In this document: positions 63,201-64,000 of the stretch, piece after piece
How positions within the stretch are numbered: the first letter of the stretch is position 1
Layout of the letters: every line of letters starts with the position of its first letter
DNA from: Nitrospirales bacterium
Lineage (GTDB): Bacteria; Nitrospirota; Nitrospiria; Nitrospirales; UBA8639
Assembly: GCA_965203295.1 (NCBI GenBank)
Contig: CBDBCZ010000018.1
Span: forward strand, 1,632,001-1,696,000
Reading direction: 5' to 3'
Length of the DNA: 64,000 nt
The notes under the pieces: model-generated
The model's input: the letters and a program-made list of their open reading frames with translations, nothing else
The model's database searches: none
Told to the model about the DNA's origin: nothing
Made by a program: the position numbers and the translations under genes

Positions 63201-64000
63201 ACTGCTCTAGCTAGATCATTGCCGTTCTTTTCTTATTATCGTAGGTGTTTTCATCCTATTATCTGACCAGCAAATGTTAACAATTATTACCAGCAACTGG
63301 GTTACCTTAATTACCATTCTCAAATGAAGTTATTCATGGGAGTTGGTCTGGCAAAGCCCTTTTCATATTCCTATACCTAGACAGGTTACTTTATTATCAC
63401 ACGGTCACGACAGTACTAGTGAACTAAGGCAGCTGAGCAGCTCACAAATTAGTCATATATATAATAAATTTCTCCAAAAAGACTCTGTAGTTTTGTAGTC
63501 CAATGGCTTTCCTTTGAAAAATAATCACTTGCATCTGCATGACATGTCTGAAAATGTTGAGCTACTAAAGTGTATTGGCGTGATAGATGGAGAAGTACAC
63601 TGTCTATATTCTGTAGACACAGCTCAGCGGCTGTTCTAAACCTGTTCGCGACTGATACGAGTCACACGTTTTTCTCTGAAATCTCGTAGTGACTCGCATC
63701 TAGTCTCTACAACCTTACACAGTTCTGCTTGAGAGACACTCTTGCTATGCTGCATGCGTGCTGCGGTATGTCACTGAATATGGCACCACATCAGAACTAA
63801 ACTTACATCAGTTTGCCAACTACATGCCCACTCCATCTTGTAACATTAAATTATATGCATGTCCCTTTTTGGTGCTTGCTAATCTGTTTACTGTTTCACA
63901 CCTATGATGGGTAAGAATTAATTAGCTATACTGCTCTGTGTCCATCACATAAAAACTGCATGCCTATTGAAATTCACTGCATTGTTCCTTCGTTTAACTA
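42287..64000 (+). repeat. Large segmental duplication, copy 2 (runs off the window end)
   Basis: Collinear near-identical copy of 1-21547. Confidence 0.98.
44308..46661 (-). pseudogene. Apolipoprotein L-like pseudogene, duplicate copy
   Basis: Same lesions as 2021-4372 plus 4 extra bases (tggc) at ~46371; the frame is not restored. Confidence 0.85.

Overview
AT-rich eukaryotic genomic DNA with GT-AG introns, LINE and DIRS relics and many MITEs; the gene and repeat content suggests a demosponge (inference, no database check possible). Bases 1-21547 recur almost identically at 42287-64000, implying a tandem segmental repeat of about 42.3 kb, or a haplotypic false duplication. I found no intact protein-coding gene. 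The unit carries a two-exon apolipoprotein-L-like pseudogene with several inverted copies of its last exon inside a nested 1.8-4.2 kb tandem array. It also carries a frameshifted alpha-carbonic anhydrase with an extra C-terminal beta-rich domain, two disrupted Cys-rich multipass membrane protein genes, a DIRS-type relic, LINE fragments, tRNA-Thr-like repeats and TAG...CTA MITEs with 9-bp target duplications. The most unusual signal is a set of sequence-unrelated insertions that share one DNA fold: a long hairpin with a C(GNA)G triloop and tandem GA/GA mismatches. Two of them show filled/empty sites without a target duplication and a short inverted repeat that pairs with the 3' end. Most short ORFs in the track are spurious. 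All alignments and translations were done by eye.
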